DNA of 64,000 bases from Acidobacteriota bacterium (GTDB taxonomy: Bacteria; Acidobacteriota; Thermoanaerobaculia; Multivoradales; UBA5704): positions 32,001 through 96,000 of the forward strand of contig JBDTZG010000013.1 in assembly GCA_040005235.1 (NCBI GenBank). The letters are read 5' to 3'. Both the position numbers and the translations under genes were made by a program. Numbering within the stretch: the stretch's first letter is position 1; every line of letters begins with the position of its first letter. This document shows, piece after piece, positions 17,776 through 26,771 of this stretch. Under the pieces are notes generated by a model that did no database searches, was not told where the DNA came from, and worked only from the letters and a program-made list of their open reading frames with translations.

Positions 17776-19572
17776 ATGAGACTCAGGATGCTCCAGCCGG
17801 CCGTCAACTCTTCGCCGAATTCACACGGCGCGACCCTCGCCGCGAGGGTGCGGAAAACCCTTTCGGCCACCGCTCTCTTCTGTACGCTCGGAGCCCTGCT
17901 CCTGGCAGGCGCCGTCGGGGCCCAGATGGGAACCGGCCCGTTCGCCGCCTTTCCCTCGCAGAGCACCGTGGACTCGCGCTTCCTCTCCTTCGGTTGCAGC
18001 GGGCCCGAGACGATGGAGCAAGCCACGCGGATTTCGCTCGCCGCTCCGGAGTCCAACGTCTCCTTCGAGCTCAACGTGTTCGACGGCGACACTGCGCGGG
18101 TCGACGCGGAGAGCAACCGGCACTGGGATCTCGGCAGCCGGCAGGTGAAGCTCTCCCTCTACGCCGATCCCCTCCGCTCGGGCGACACCTCGCCGGAAAA
18201 CCTGATCGGCGAATGGTTCGGCAACGATGAGAACGCCACCGGCGGCGTTCTTTGGACGGCGTCCGCCGCTACCATGCCGGACAACGACTGGTGGGCCGTT
18301 TCGATCACCAACGCAACTCTCGCCCAGGCTCCCAGCGGCAACTACTTTTACAACCTGGTGATTCAAACCGACGGCGATTGCGCCTCGAACGAGCAGCTGG
18401 AGAGCAACCTCAAGCTCGCGGTCTCCTCGCCGGTGACTTTCCAACTTTCTCGCTTCAGCCTGGTCGGTGAGATCTGCCAATCGACGGACGACGGAGCCCT
18501 CGTTCATCCCGGCTCCTCGGCGGTGACTCCGCAGAACGCCGATCCAGTGGCGGTGACCTACGACGGCAGCTTCGAGCTCTTCTTCCCCGTGGCCGCCGCC
18601 CAGGCCGAGCTGCGCCTGTTCGACGGCGACTTCGATTTCGGCACCGACGCGCTGACCGCGAGTCCTTCGGAAGTCGGATTGGACGCCTGCGTCGACACCG
18701 ACGATCCGGACACCGACTCGGGCTATGTGGACTTTCCGTTTCTCACCCCCGGCGCCTTGGCAGAGGGAGCCGCGGGTCCAGGTTCGCCTGCAGACGACAA
18801 CTCTTCCGACGACCTTCGCCGGGGAGAGCCGGGCGACCCCAACGGCATCGGCTGCGTCCGCTATGAAGTGACCGACCCGGAAAGCAACGTCTATTCCAAC
18901 CCCAACCCCTCCGGCACCCAGGAATGGGAGCAGTTCCTGATTGCCGGCTCTTCCTCGGCTTACACCGCAAGCGCCGACCAGGTCTATGGCGGCGCCACCC
19001 TGCCCGGCGGGATTTGGACGATCAAGATCGTCGGCTTGGACATGTCGAATCCAGTGCTCTGGAACGCGTCCTCGGTCTGCTCGACCCGACCCGCCCGCGA
19101 AGCTCTGCCCGCTGAGGATCCGAACGACGTGCCGCGGATGGCGGCCTGCCCCAACGTACCGACCTACCTGATGGGGGGATTCGTTTGGGCGGATGACGAC
19201 GGCCACGGAAAGATGGACCCCAAAGAGAAAGGAATCGCCGGTGTGTTGGTCGATCTGGTTCGCCCGAGCGATGGTGCGGTGATCGCTTCGTCCCGGACCG
19301 GCGATACGACGAACCCCAACTGGGAGTCATGCCTGGCGAACTTCCAGGCCGCCAACGTCCAGGGCCTGGCCTGCTTCGGAGTAGACATTGCAGCCGAGTA
19401 CGAAATGCGGATTGCGAAAGCCAACTTCGCAGCGGGCCAGCCGCTCTCCGGCAAGATTTCGACGACTGGCGGAGAGACCGAAATGCGCTCATTGACCGCC
19501 GGCAACTCCATGTACAGCAGCTTCGGTTACCAAGACGCCGACTTCGGCACGGTCGGACCGACCTGCCCCTGA
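17776..19572 (+). CDS. Secreted protein: unknown ~430-aa Cys/Asp-rich domain plus C-terminal SdrD-B/Cna-B-like domain
   Basis: SD AGGAGG; signal peptide; 'GFVWADDDGHGKMDPKEKGIAGVLVDL' is SdrD-B-like. Paralog of the next gene. Confidence 0.75.
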   Translation: MRLRMLQPAVNSSPNSHGATLAARVRKTLSATALFCTLGALLLAGAVGAQMGTGPFAAFPSQSTVDSRFLSFGCSGPETMEQATRISLAAPESNVSFELNVFDGDTARVDAESNRHWDLGSRQVKLSLYADPLRSGDTSPENLIGEWFGNDENATGGVLWTASAATMPDNDWWAVSITNATLAQAPSGNYFYNLVIQTDGDCASNEQLESNLKLAVSSPVTFQLSRFSLVGEICQSTDDGALVHPGSSAVTPQNADPVAVTYDGSFELFFPVAAAQAELRLFDGDFDFGTDALTASPSEVGLDACVDTDDPDTDSGYVDFPFLTPGALAEGAAGPGSPADDNSSDDLRRGEPGDPNGIGCVRYEVTDPESNVYSNPNPSGTQEWEQFLIAGSSSAYTASADQVYGGATLPGGIWTIKIVGLDMSNPVLWNASSVCSTRPAREALPAEDPNDVPRMAACPNVPTYLMGGFVWADDDGHGKMDPKEKGIAGVLVDLVRPSDGAVIASSRTGDTTNPNWESCLANFQAANVQGLACFGVDIAAEYEMRIAKANFAAGQPLSGKISTTGGETEMRSLTAGNSMYSSFGYQDADFGTVGPTCP

Positions 19573-19660
19573 GTAAAAACCGCTTTTTCGTCCCTTTCTT
19601 TCCTTCCCTACTCTGACCTGATCCGTGATGCCCCAGGGCATCGCAGAGAGGACTCTTGTC

Positions 19661-21028
19661 ATGAACGCCTACGGAAAAATCGCTCGGATCGTCTTCGCTT
19701 CGGCTCTCCCACTTCTGATGGGTGGCGGTGCTCTCACCGCTCAGCAGGGCACCGGACCGTTCGCCTCCTTCCCGACCCAGAGCGTCAAGGACGGCCGGTT
19801 CCTCGGTTTCGCCTGCGCGGGTCTTTCGACTTTGGAACAAGACGTTCGGATCATGCTGGCCGCGCCCGGGTCGACAGCGAGCTTCGATCTCGACCTCTTC
19901 GACGGCGAGACCGGCGGCCTCGACGGCTCGGGGAAGAAGCACTGGGATCTCGGCACCCGTCCGCTGAAGTTCTCGCTCTATGCCGACCCGCTGCGTGCGC
20001 GCACCCTCTCCCCGGCCAACTTGATCGGCGAGTGGTACGGCAATTCGGAGAACGCGACCAGCGGCCAGGATTGGACCTCCTCGACGGCGACGATGCCGGA
20101 CAACGACTGGTGGAATCTCCACGTTTCCACCTCGGCGATCGCCCAGGCATCGAGCGGCAACTATCAGTACCTCCTGGTGGTCGACACCGACGGCGCCTGC
20201 GCGGCGGGCGAGCAGCTGGAAAGCAATTTGAAGATCGCGACCTCCTATCCGGTGACCTTCAGCCTTCCTCATTTCGGGTTGGTCGCGGCCATGCGCCAGA
20301 CGGTCAACGACCTTCCGATCATCTATCCGGGTTCTACTTCCGCGGCTCCGTTGACCGGCAGCTTCATGACCGCGCCCACGACCTATGACGGCACGTTCGA
20401 GTTCTACTTCGAGCTGGCGGACGGAGCGACCGAACTGCCACTCTTTGACGGCGATTTCGACTACGGGACCAGCATTCTGCTCGGCACACCTTCCGGCGTG
20501 GCGTTGGACTCATGCGCCGATACGGACGACCCGGGCACGGCGTCTAATTACGCCGACTTCCCCTTCGTTCCGACGGGCGTTGTTCCGGAAGGTTCGCAAG
20601 GTTCGGGGGTTCCGCCGGACGACAGCTACCGCGACGCCTTCCGGCGGGGCGAGCCGGGCGATCCGAACCAAGTGGGTTGCGTCCGCTACGAAGTGACCGA
20701 TCCGGAAAGCCACGTCTACTTTAACGACAACCCCTCGGGCAGCGTCGAATGGGAGCAATTCCTGATCGTCAGCACGTCCTCGCCGTTCCTCGGCCAGGCC
20801 GACGCGGTCTATACCGGCGCGACGCTTCCCGCCGGAATCTGGAAGGTCAAGATCCTTGGGCTCGACCTGGACAACATGAATTTCTGGTACGCCACGACCT
20901 GCGCGACGCGTCCGACGCGCAATCCGGAGCCGGGAGAGGACCCGGACGACGTGCCCCGGGTCGCCGCCTGTCCGGACTTGTTGGGCGAGCAGCCGGCCAG
21001 TTTCGGCGCGCCGAATGCAAAGAAGTAG
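19661..21028 (+). CDS. Secreted protein, tandem paralog of the preceding gene without the SdrD-B domain
   Basis: Shares blocks 'GTGPFA.FP.QS', 'HWDLG.R', 'ATMPDNDWW', 'EQLESNLK', 'LFDGDFD', 'GCVRYEVTDPES' and 'WEQFLI' with 17776-19572. Confidence 0.75.
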   Translation: MNAYGKIARIVFASALPLLMGGGALTAQQGTGPFASFPTQSVKDGRFLGFACAGLSTLEQDVRIMLAAPGSTASFDLDLFDGETGGLDGSGKKHWDLGTRPLKFSLYADPLRARTLSPANLIGEWYGNSENATSGQDWTSSTATMPDNDWWNLHVSTSAIAQASSGNYQYLLVVDTDGACAAGEQLESNLKIATSYPVTFSLPHFGLVAAMRQTVNDLPIIYPGSTSAAPLTGSFMTAPTTYDGTFEFYFELADGATELPLFDGDFDYGTSILLGTPSGVALDSCADTDDPGTASNYADFPFVPTGVVPEGSQGSGVPPDDSYRDAFRRGEPGDPNQVGCVRYEVTDPESHVYFNDNPSGSVEWEQFLIVSTSSPFLGQADAVYTGATLPAGIWKVKILGLDLDNMNFWYATTCATRPTRNPEPGEDPDDVPRVAACPDLLGEQPASFGAPNAKK

Positions 21029-21046
21029 AGACCAAGGAGATTCAAA

Positions 21047-22138
21047 GTGATCGACTCCCAGGTAGGTACGCTGCAAACGGCGCTGAACGTGAGCTCCCTG
21101 CCGGCCGGACTGGCCGCCCGCTTGGCGACGGTTTCCGGCCTGGCCGAAAGGGATGTGGCCGGGCGGTCCCTGGCTTCCCTCCGTCACCGGCTGAGTCCGG
21201 TTCTCCAGGCGGACCTGCTGGGTCTGCGGCGGATCGACGGCCGGGTCGTACGGAAACATCCGGCCACCGGGGCGCTGCAACCGGTTCCCGGGGCCACCGT
21301 CCATGTCGAGGACACAGACGGTTCCTTCCTCCTCTATTCGCCGCCGCAGTGGCCGGACTGGAGCTGGCTCGTGCCTTTCAAAGTCCGCCGCGAAGAGATC
21401 GCTATCGCACACACCGACGCGCGCGGGCGGTTCAGCGTCGGCATCCCGCGTTGGGACGTCGAGGCGATCACCGCCTGGCGACAAGGCCGAATCCGCTTCA
21501 GCGACTTCAGCCGGCCGCGCCTTCGCGACGTCGTGAAGGATTTGGACGGGTGCTCTTGCGACTCGGCGGAAGCCGCGATCCGGAAGGCCGATTTCCTCGC
21601 CCGCTGCCGCAAGCGGCTCGGCCGGCCGCTGGCCCGCCGCATCGAAAGCCTGCTTCACGAGCAACCGGCCGGGACGGCCGAGGAGATCGAATCGCTGCTC
21701 GAAACTCCGATCGCGCCGGAACGTCCCTGCGCTCTCGCTGAGATCGGTAGGCCCGAGCTTCTGGAGATCCTGAAGGCGGTCGCCGGCGAGCACGGGATCT
21801 CCCCCCAGGTCGTCGAGGAAGCGGATTTCGGTCCCTGGATCGGGCCGCTCTGGCGCGGCAGCCACCTGGTGCTGAAGCTCTGGACCCCCCTTCTCGACGC
21901 TCCGGACATCACGTTCCGCGTGACCGGGGACCGAGGCAAAGGGGTGGACGAGGAGGTTCTTTACTCCGGGGGATTCTTCGACGTCGCCTGGAACCAGGGC
22001 GGGATTCCCGACCTTACGCTCACCGCCTTCCGCGAAGCCCCGGCCCTTCGCCGAAGCCTCCGGCCGGAGCAAGGACGTCTCCTTGCCCATCGGCCGAAAC
22101 CCCGGTTCGCAGCGGCCCCGCCCGCGATGGCGGCGTGA
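21047..22138 (+). CDS. Hypothetical protein (transthyretin/carboxypeptidase-regulatory-like beta segment)
   Basis: GTG after AAGGAG. 'PVPGATVHVEDTD', 'TDARGRFSV', 'PDITFRVT'. Co-oriented with the two upstream genes. Confidence 0.6.
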   Translation: MIDSQVGTLQTALNVSSLPAGLAARLATVSGLAERDVAGRSLASLRHRLSPVLQADLLGLRRIDGRVVRKHPATGALQPVPGATVHVEDTDGSFLLYSPPQWPDWSWLVPFKVRREEIAIAHTDARGRFSVGIPRWDVEAITAWRQGRIRFSDFSRPRLRDVVKDLDGCSCDSAEAAIRKADFLARCRKRLGRPLARRIESLLHEQPAGTAEEIESLLETPIAPERPCALAEIGRPELLEILKAVAGEHGISPQVVEEADFGPWIGPLWRGSHLVLKLWTPLLDAPDITFRVTGDRGKGVDEEVLYSGGFFDVAWNQGGIPDLTLTAFREAPALRRSLRPEQGRLLAHRPKPRFAAAPPAMAA

Positions 22139-22180
22139 CCGGCCGCCGTCCCCGGAGGGCCGGGCTGGATCGTGCCCCGG

Positions 22181-23659
22181 CTACCCTGCCTGCTCGTCGG
22201 CGTAAAACCGGTAAAAGTAGTTCGCGTCCTCGAACGGGTGCTCGTCGAGCACGTGATGGAGGAGGCCGCGCTCGACCAAGAGGCGGCCGACGCGAAGGGC
22301 CTCTCGGCGGCTGGTGCCTTCGGCGCGGACGAGCCAGTCGACCGCTTCGCGCCCGGTCAGACAGCGGGGGTAGACGTTCCACAGATGGCGCCGGTCTTCG
22401 ATCGCGACGCCCCCTTCCCCGCGCATTTGCGTCGCCAGGGCCGCCAGCTCTTCCTCCGTCCAGGGCCGGCCGGCAAGGTCGCGGTCGGCTCCGTCCTCCC
22501 CCTTCGCGGCCGGGGCTCCGGCGGTCGCTTCTTCCGCCTGCGCCGCGTGGACCACGCGCTGGGGCAGCGGCATTTCGAGCCCCTCGCGGCGAAAAGCGCT
22601 TTCGATCCCGAAGTTCAGATCGCTTTTCAAGCTGCTCTGTTCGCGCGGGTCGCGGGTCCAGACCAACAGATCGAAGTGGAGCGCGCTGTCGCCGAAGGCG
22701 GTGAGCTGAACCGTCGGGGCCGGCTCGTCCAGCACGTCGGGATGCCGGCGGGCGACGCCGAGCAGGGCGTTGCGCACCTTGGCGATCGGGCTGCTGTAGG
22801 CCGCCGGGACCGGAATCCGCAGGCGCGACACCGGATCGCCATGGCTCCAGTTGATCACCTCGGTTTCCAGAAAGCGCGAGTTCGGCACCAGGATGCTCAC
22901 CCGGTCGGTGGTGCGGATGACCGCGCTTCTTGCCCCGATCCGTTCGACCGTCCCCGAGAACTTGCCGACTTCGACGAAATCGCCGCTCTTGATCGGCCGT
23001 TCGAGGCCGATCAGCAGGCCGGAGACGAAGTTGTTCGCGATGTTTTGCAGGCCGAATCCGAGCCCGATGCCAAGCACGCTGCCGACGATCGCGAGCGTTC
23101 GCGCGTCCAAGCCCCAAACCTGGAGGACGATCAGCCCGCCGACGAACAGCAGCGCATAGCGCAGCAGGCCGGTCAGGCTGTCCTCGGCCGACGCTTCGAG
23201 CCGCAATGGCCGCAGCAGGTAGGACCGGAACAGCCAGGTGACCCCGGCGACGCAAATCCACAGCGCGCCGAGGGCGATCGGGAGCATCACCAGGTCCGCG
23301 GCCGAAAAGGCCTGCTTTTCGATCGCGAAGAGCGGCCGGTTGAAGCTCGCTGCGAGCAGCTCGACCCCCCGGCGGCGCAGGGTTCCCAGGCCCGGAAAGC
23401 GGTCGACGGCAAAGGTGCCGGCCGCCAGCCAGATCCCCCATTTGAAGGGCAGGAGTGCCAGCTCCAACCGATGCTGCCAAATCAGATGGACGCCGGGCGC
23501 CGGCGGCGCCAATCCCCGGCCCTGCCGCTTGCGCCGGGCGCGGTCGGCGAGCCGAAGCGGCAGCCGTCGGCCGAGCCGCCAGAGCGCGAAATGCGCCAAG
23601 GCCGCAGCGCAAAGCGCCGCAAGGCCGAGCGCCAGGGAGGGCATGGGGGAATCGGGCAT
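22181..23659 (-). CDS. MscS-family mechanosensitive channel with C-terminal DEP domain
   Basis: 'GIGLGFGLQNIANNFVSGLLIGLERPIKSGD', 'VPNS', 'FGDSALHF'. C-terminus 'IEDRRHLWNVYPRCLTGREAVDWL...HHVLDEHPFED...FYRF' matches the DEP pattern. Confidence 0.9.
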   Translation of the reverse strand: MPDSPMPSLALGLAALCAAALAHFALWRLGRRLPLRLADRARRKRQGRGLAPPAPGVHLIWQHRLELALLPFKWGIWLAAGTFAVDRFPGLGTLRRRGVELLAASFNRPLFAIEKQAFSAADLVMLPIALGALWICVAGVTWLFRSYLLRPLRLEASAEDSLTGLLRYALLFVGGLIVLQVWGLDARTLAIVGSVLGIGLGFGLQNIANNFVSGLLIGLERPIKSGDFVEVGKFSGTVERIGARSAVIRTTDRVSILVPNSRFLETEVINWSHGDPVSRLRIPVPAAYSSPIAKVRNALLGVARRHPDVLDEPAPTVQLTAFGDSALHFDLLVWTRDPREQSSLKSDLNFGIESAFRREGLEMPLPQRVVHAAQAEEATAGAPAAKGEDGADRDLAGRPWTEEELAALATQMRGEGGVAIEDRRHLWNVYPRCLTGREAVDWLVRAEGTSRREALRVGRLLVERGLLHHVLDEHPFEDANYFYRFYADEQAG

Positions 23660-23868
23660 GCGAGGTCAGGTCTCCCGGGAATCCTACGCTGGACGGCGGG
23701 CCGGCGGATGGCGAAGCCTGGAATCGGCGGGATTGGAGCGCTAAGTTACCGGTTTCGGCACTTTGACGTATCATTCCGGCACCGGTTATCCGAAGAGAGC
23801 CTTAGAAACCGGCTGGAACTACCGCGCCCGGATGGATTCGAGGGCTCGGTCGGAGGAAAGTCTGAAAC

Positions 23869-24588
23869 ATGCCAGCCAACGCCCTCCATCCGGATGCCGC
23901 CGGCCGGTCCAAGCCGGAGCGTCTGCGTCTGGCGATCGAGATCTTTTATGCCCGGAGCAGTCGGCAGATGCATCCCGACGGCGATTGGCAAGAGGGTCTC
24001 TGGTACCCCTCGCCCGCCGAGCGCCGGACGTGCTGCGAGGGCATCCACCCCACGATGAGCAACCGGCAGGCTCTGGAGAGCCATTGCCGAAGCCAAAGCC
24101 ATATCGCCGCCTTGTGCGACGTCCCGCTCGGCGAGCTGAAGGCCGCGGTGCGCGCCGATCGCAAGCAAGGTTCGCCGATCGCCGAGCAGGTCACCGCATC
24201 GCTCGTGGCACCTCGGCCGCAGAGGGCCGAAACCTTCTTCGAAATGCGCCAGAAGGCGAGGCAGGAGACTTTCGAGCAGTTGCATGCGGCGCTCGCCCAC
24301 GGCTTGCCCCTTTTCGAGCGGCTGCATGCGCTGCGGGACCCCAAGGTCGCGGAAGAGGAGAGCATGGCCCCACTGCTGGAAACGGCGTCCGCGAGCGCGG
24401 AGCGATTGGTTGCGACGCTCCACTCCGCGCGTAGCCTGGAGGCGACCTTGACGTTCGGGAGCGCCCTTGTCGAAACGCTCCGAGCGTTGTTGGAGGAGCC
24501 CCCGGCCAAGCGCCGCCGTTCGCTCGCCGCCGGAATCACGGGCATCGATCCAAATCCGGACCCGGCCGCTCCCGGCCGGGCGGCTTAG
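23869..24588 (+). CDS. Hypothetical protein with N-terminal putative metal-binding domain (HP..W..WYP..CC..HC..H) and helical C-terminus
   Basis: ATG after GGAGG. 'HPDGDWQEGLWYPSPAERRTCCEGI...ESHCRSQSHIAALC'. Confidence 0.65.
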   Translation: MPANALHPDAAGRSKPERLRLAIEIFYARSSRQMHPDGDWQEGLWYPSPAERRTCCEGIHPTMSNRQALESHCRSQSHIAALCDVPLGELKAAVRADRKQGSPIAEQVTASLVAPRPQRAETFFEMRQKARQETFEQLHAALAHGLPLFERLHALRDPKVAEEESMAPLLETASASAERLVATLHSARSLEATLTFGSALVETLRALLEEPPAKRRRSLAAGITGIDPNPDPAAPGRAA

Positions 24589-25049
24589 GCCCGAAGTTGA
24601 TGGTCATTGGCGGCGTGCGGCATCGGTCGGTGGGTCGCTTCTTGCCCGGGTGCGCAAGCCTGACGCAGCTCTTCCACCAGGTCCAGAAGCTCCCGAAGCA
24701 GAGCGGTCCCGTCGCCCAGGATGACGAGATCTTTGCCGATCGCCGTGAGTTGCTTGCGACCGGCGGGCGTGGTCGGTACTTTTCCCAGAGTTTGCTCGAT
24801 CCGGCCGTAGGCATCGACAGCGCAAGAAAGAATGCCTTCGCCGTCGCGCAGGGCGGCGAAGGATCGGTCCCGGGTAGGGCGCACCGCGTTTCCGCTCGAA
24901 CCGGCGTACACCGTCTCCGGCTGCTCGTAGCGGGTCGAAAGGAAGCGCCGGATCAGCTGGACGCTAGGGATGTTTGCGGCACCCGCTTCTGCCGCGAGCT
25001 GCTCAAAGATCCAGATCGACAGAGTGAGGCGAAGTACTTTAGTGGACAT
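24585..25049 (-). CDS. Hypothetical protein, possible N-terminal ribbon-helix-helix
   Basis: ATG 25049 after AGGAGAAGG. 'VLRLTLSIWIFEQLAAEAGAANIPSVQLIRRFL' fits a strand-helix-helix pattern. Confidence 0.55.
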   Translation of the reverse strand: MSTKVLRLTLSIWIFEQLAAEAGAANIPSVQLIRRFLSTRYEQPETVYAGSSGNAVRPTRDRSFAALRDGEGILSCAVDAYGRIEQTLGKVPTTPAGRKQLTAIGKDLVILGDGTALLRELLDLVEELRQACAPGQEATHRPMPHAANDHQLRA

Positions 25050-25446
25050 AACCTTCTCCTGAAAGTCCAGAATGACGATGCCGTCGTAATGAGGCAGCGA
25101 TCCTTGGTCCCGCCGTAGTCGCACTCAAAGAGCCGATTGGCGCTCATTGATGCCGCTATGGATATCTTGCGGCTCCATATCGCGGAAAGTCAAGAAAAAG
25201 ACCGGATTTGCCGTTACGAACGACAACACCTGAAAAACGGGTGCCGCAGTGCACCGGTGCATCGACGATCGACCTGACGTTCGGAAGCCGGCGGTCCGGA
25301 GTACAAAAGAGGAGCCATGCTGCAGGCAACGGCGCCCCTAGTAGCCGGAGACTGCGCAGAGGCGGCCAGCTTCTGCGCAGCTCCTTTGTCACGTACCGCA
25401 ACGCCCAGCTCCGTCGGAGTCCGAGAACAAACGGCCTTCGCGCCGG

Positions 25447-25788
25447 TCAGTTCGGCTGGCTGACGACCCGCGCGACCTGGAGATCCGGCCCGGAAAACGT
25501 CCCCCGGTGCGACCAGATCGAAACCGTGACCCGATCGCCGCGGTATTCGAGGATCGGTCCCCGAAGGCCGAACGGCACTTCGATCGCTTCGACCGCTTCC
25601 GAGACGAGGCGCAGAAACGAGAGCGACTCGCACCGCGTCCGGAAGATGAATTGGCGCTGGATACGGAGCCCGTCGGCCGCCAGCTTCCAGCCCGGCATTC
25701 CGCGGAGCCAAAGCTGAATCCTTTCCGCCTTGAGGGAGGGGGGCAGGGGGGACGGAGACGGGGACAAAGAAGAAACTTGTGCGCTCAT
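25447..25788 (-). CDS. Pterin-4a-carbinolamine dehydratase-like protein, divergent
   Basis: ATG 25788 after GGAGG. 'LRGMPGWKL...IQRQFIF...VTVSIWSH...DLQVARVV' matches the PCD fold pattern; catalytic HHP motif absent. Confidence 0.7.
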   Translation of the reverse strand: MSAQVSSLSPSPSPLPPSLKAERIQLWLRGMPGWKLAADGLRIQRQFIFRTRCESLSFLRLVSEAVEAIEVPFGLRGPILEYRGDRVTVSIWSHRGTFSGPDLQVARVVSQPN

Positions 25789-25951
25789 GGCGAGCACCTC
25801 CAGAGTGGGGCCGGGACGGAGGATTCCGTATCGACCGGCGATGTTCGCGGCGCGCCCGCTCCCCGAAACAGGAGCCGGAATTTGCGGCACGAGCGCCTGG
25901 GGCGCAGTGGCATGTTTGGGCAACCGGCGGTTCGTTTTCATCGCGAGATGA

Positions 25952-26051
25952 ACCGTACGGCATTCGAACCGGCGATTTCCAGCGCGTTTTCGAGCATAGG
26001 GCCTATGCTCGAATTTGCCCCTTGAAATGCCCGATCTGGGTGGTGTAGGGT
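25952..26051. promoter_or_regulatory. Divergent promoter pair around a perfect palindromic operator (copy 1)
   Basis: Palindrome TTCGAGCATAGG-G-CCTATGCTCGAA at 25989-26013. Minus strand TGGAAA-N18-TACGGT; plus strand TTGAAA-N18-TAGGGT. Same layout at 62617-62716. Confidence 0.7.
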
Positions 26052-26095
26052 CTCCGGCTTTTCCCGCGGGAGGGGAATTTGCGCCTTCGCGCGAC

Positions 26096-26758
26096 TCAGC
26101 CCTCGGGCTTGATCCTCGGTTCCACCAAGCCATATCGGACGGCGTGGGAGACCGCCTGCGCCCGGCTGGTCAGATGGAGTTTGTCGAGGATGTTGCGCAC
26201 GTGGAATTTCACCGTGTTGTCGGTTAGCCCGAGACGTTTGGCTAACTGGCGGTTGGAGGTGACCCCTTCGACCATCAGGTCCAAAACTTCGCGCTCGCGA
26301 CCCGTGAGTGCTTCCGATCCTTCTGCTCGCGGTTCCGCGCTCTTGGGCTTGGAGAAAGCCGCCAGGATCTTCCGCGACACCTCCGGAGTGAGCGCGGGTT
26401 CGCCGGCCAGCGCCCGCTCCAACAGCTCGAAAAAGCCGTCGGCTTCGAGGCTCTTGAGCATGTAACCGTGCGCCCCGGCGCGGAGCGCATTGAACAGATC
26501 GTCGTCTTCCATGGAAGCGGTGAGGATGACGACCTTGATCTCCGGCATCCGTTCGATCAACTCCTTCGTCGCCTCGATTCCATTGAGAACGGGCATCGAC
26601 AGATCCATGAGCACGATATCGGGCTTCAAGGTGCAGGCCAGCTCGATCGCCTGCCGGCCGTTGCTCGCTTCGCCGACGACCTCAATTCCCCGCGACTCCA
26701 GCAGGCTGCGCAGGCTGCTGCGAAACAGGGCGTGATCGTCGCCGAGGAGTATTCTCAT
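26096..26758 (-). CDS. NarL/LuxR-family response regulator
   Basis: REC domain 'DDHALFR...PDIVLMDLSMP'; LuxR HTH 'LTGREREVL...TVKFHVRNILDKL'. Confidence 0.95.
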   Translation of the reverse strand: MRILLGDDHALFRSSLRSLLESRGIEVVGEASNGRQAIELACTLKPDIVLMDLSMPVLNGIEATKELIERMPEIKVVILTASMEDDDLFNALRAGAHGYMLKSLEADGFFELLERALAGEPALTPEVSRKILAAFSKPKSAEPRAEGSEALTGREREVLDLMVEGVTSNRQLAKRLGLTDNTVKFHVRNILDKLHLTSRAQAVSHAVRYGLVEPRIKPEG

Positions 26759-26771
26759 TTCGGGCCTCCGT

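Noticed and set aside
25050-25446. Possible ncRNA or riboswitch in a 400-bp intergenic region
   Set aside because: No recognisable conserved motif or convincing structure by eye; an Rfam scan would be needed.
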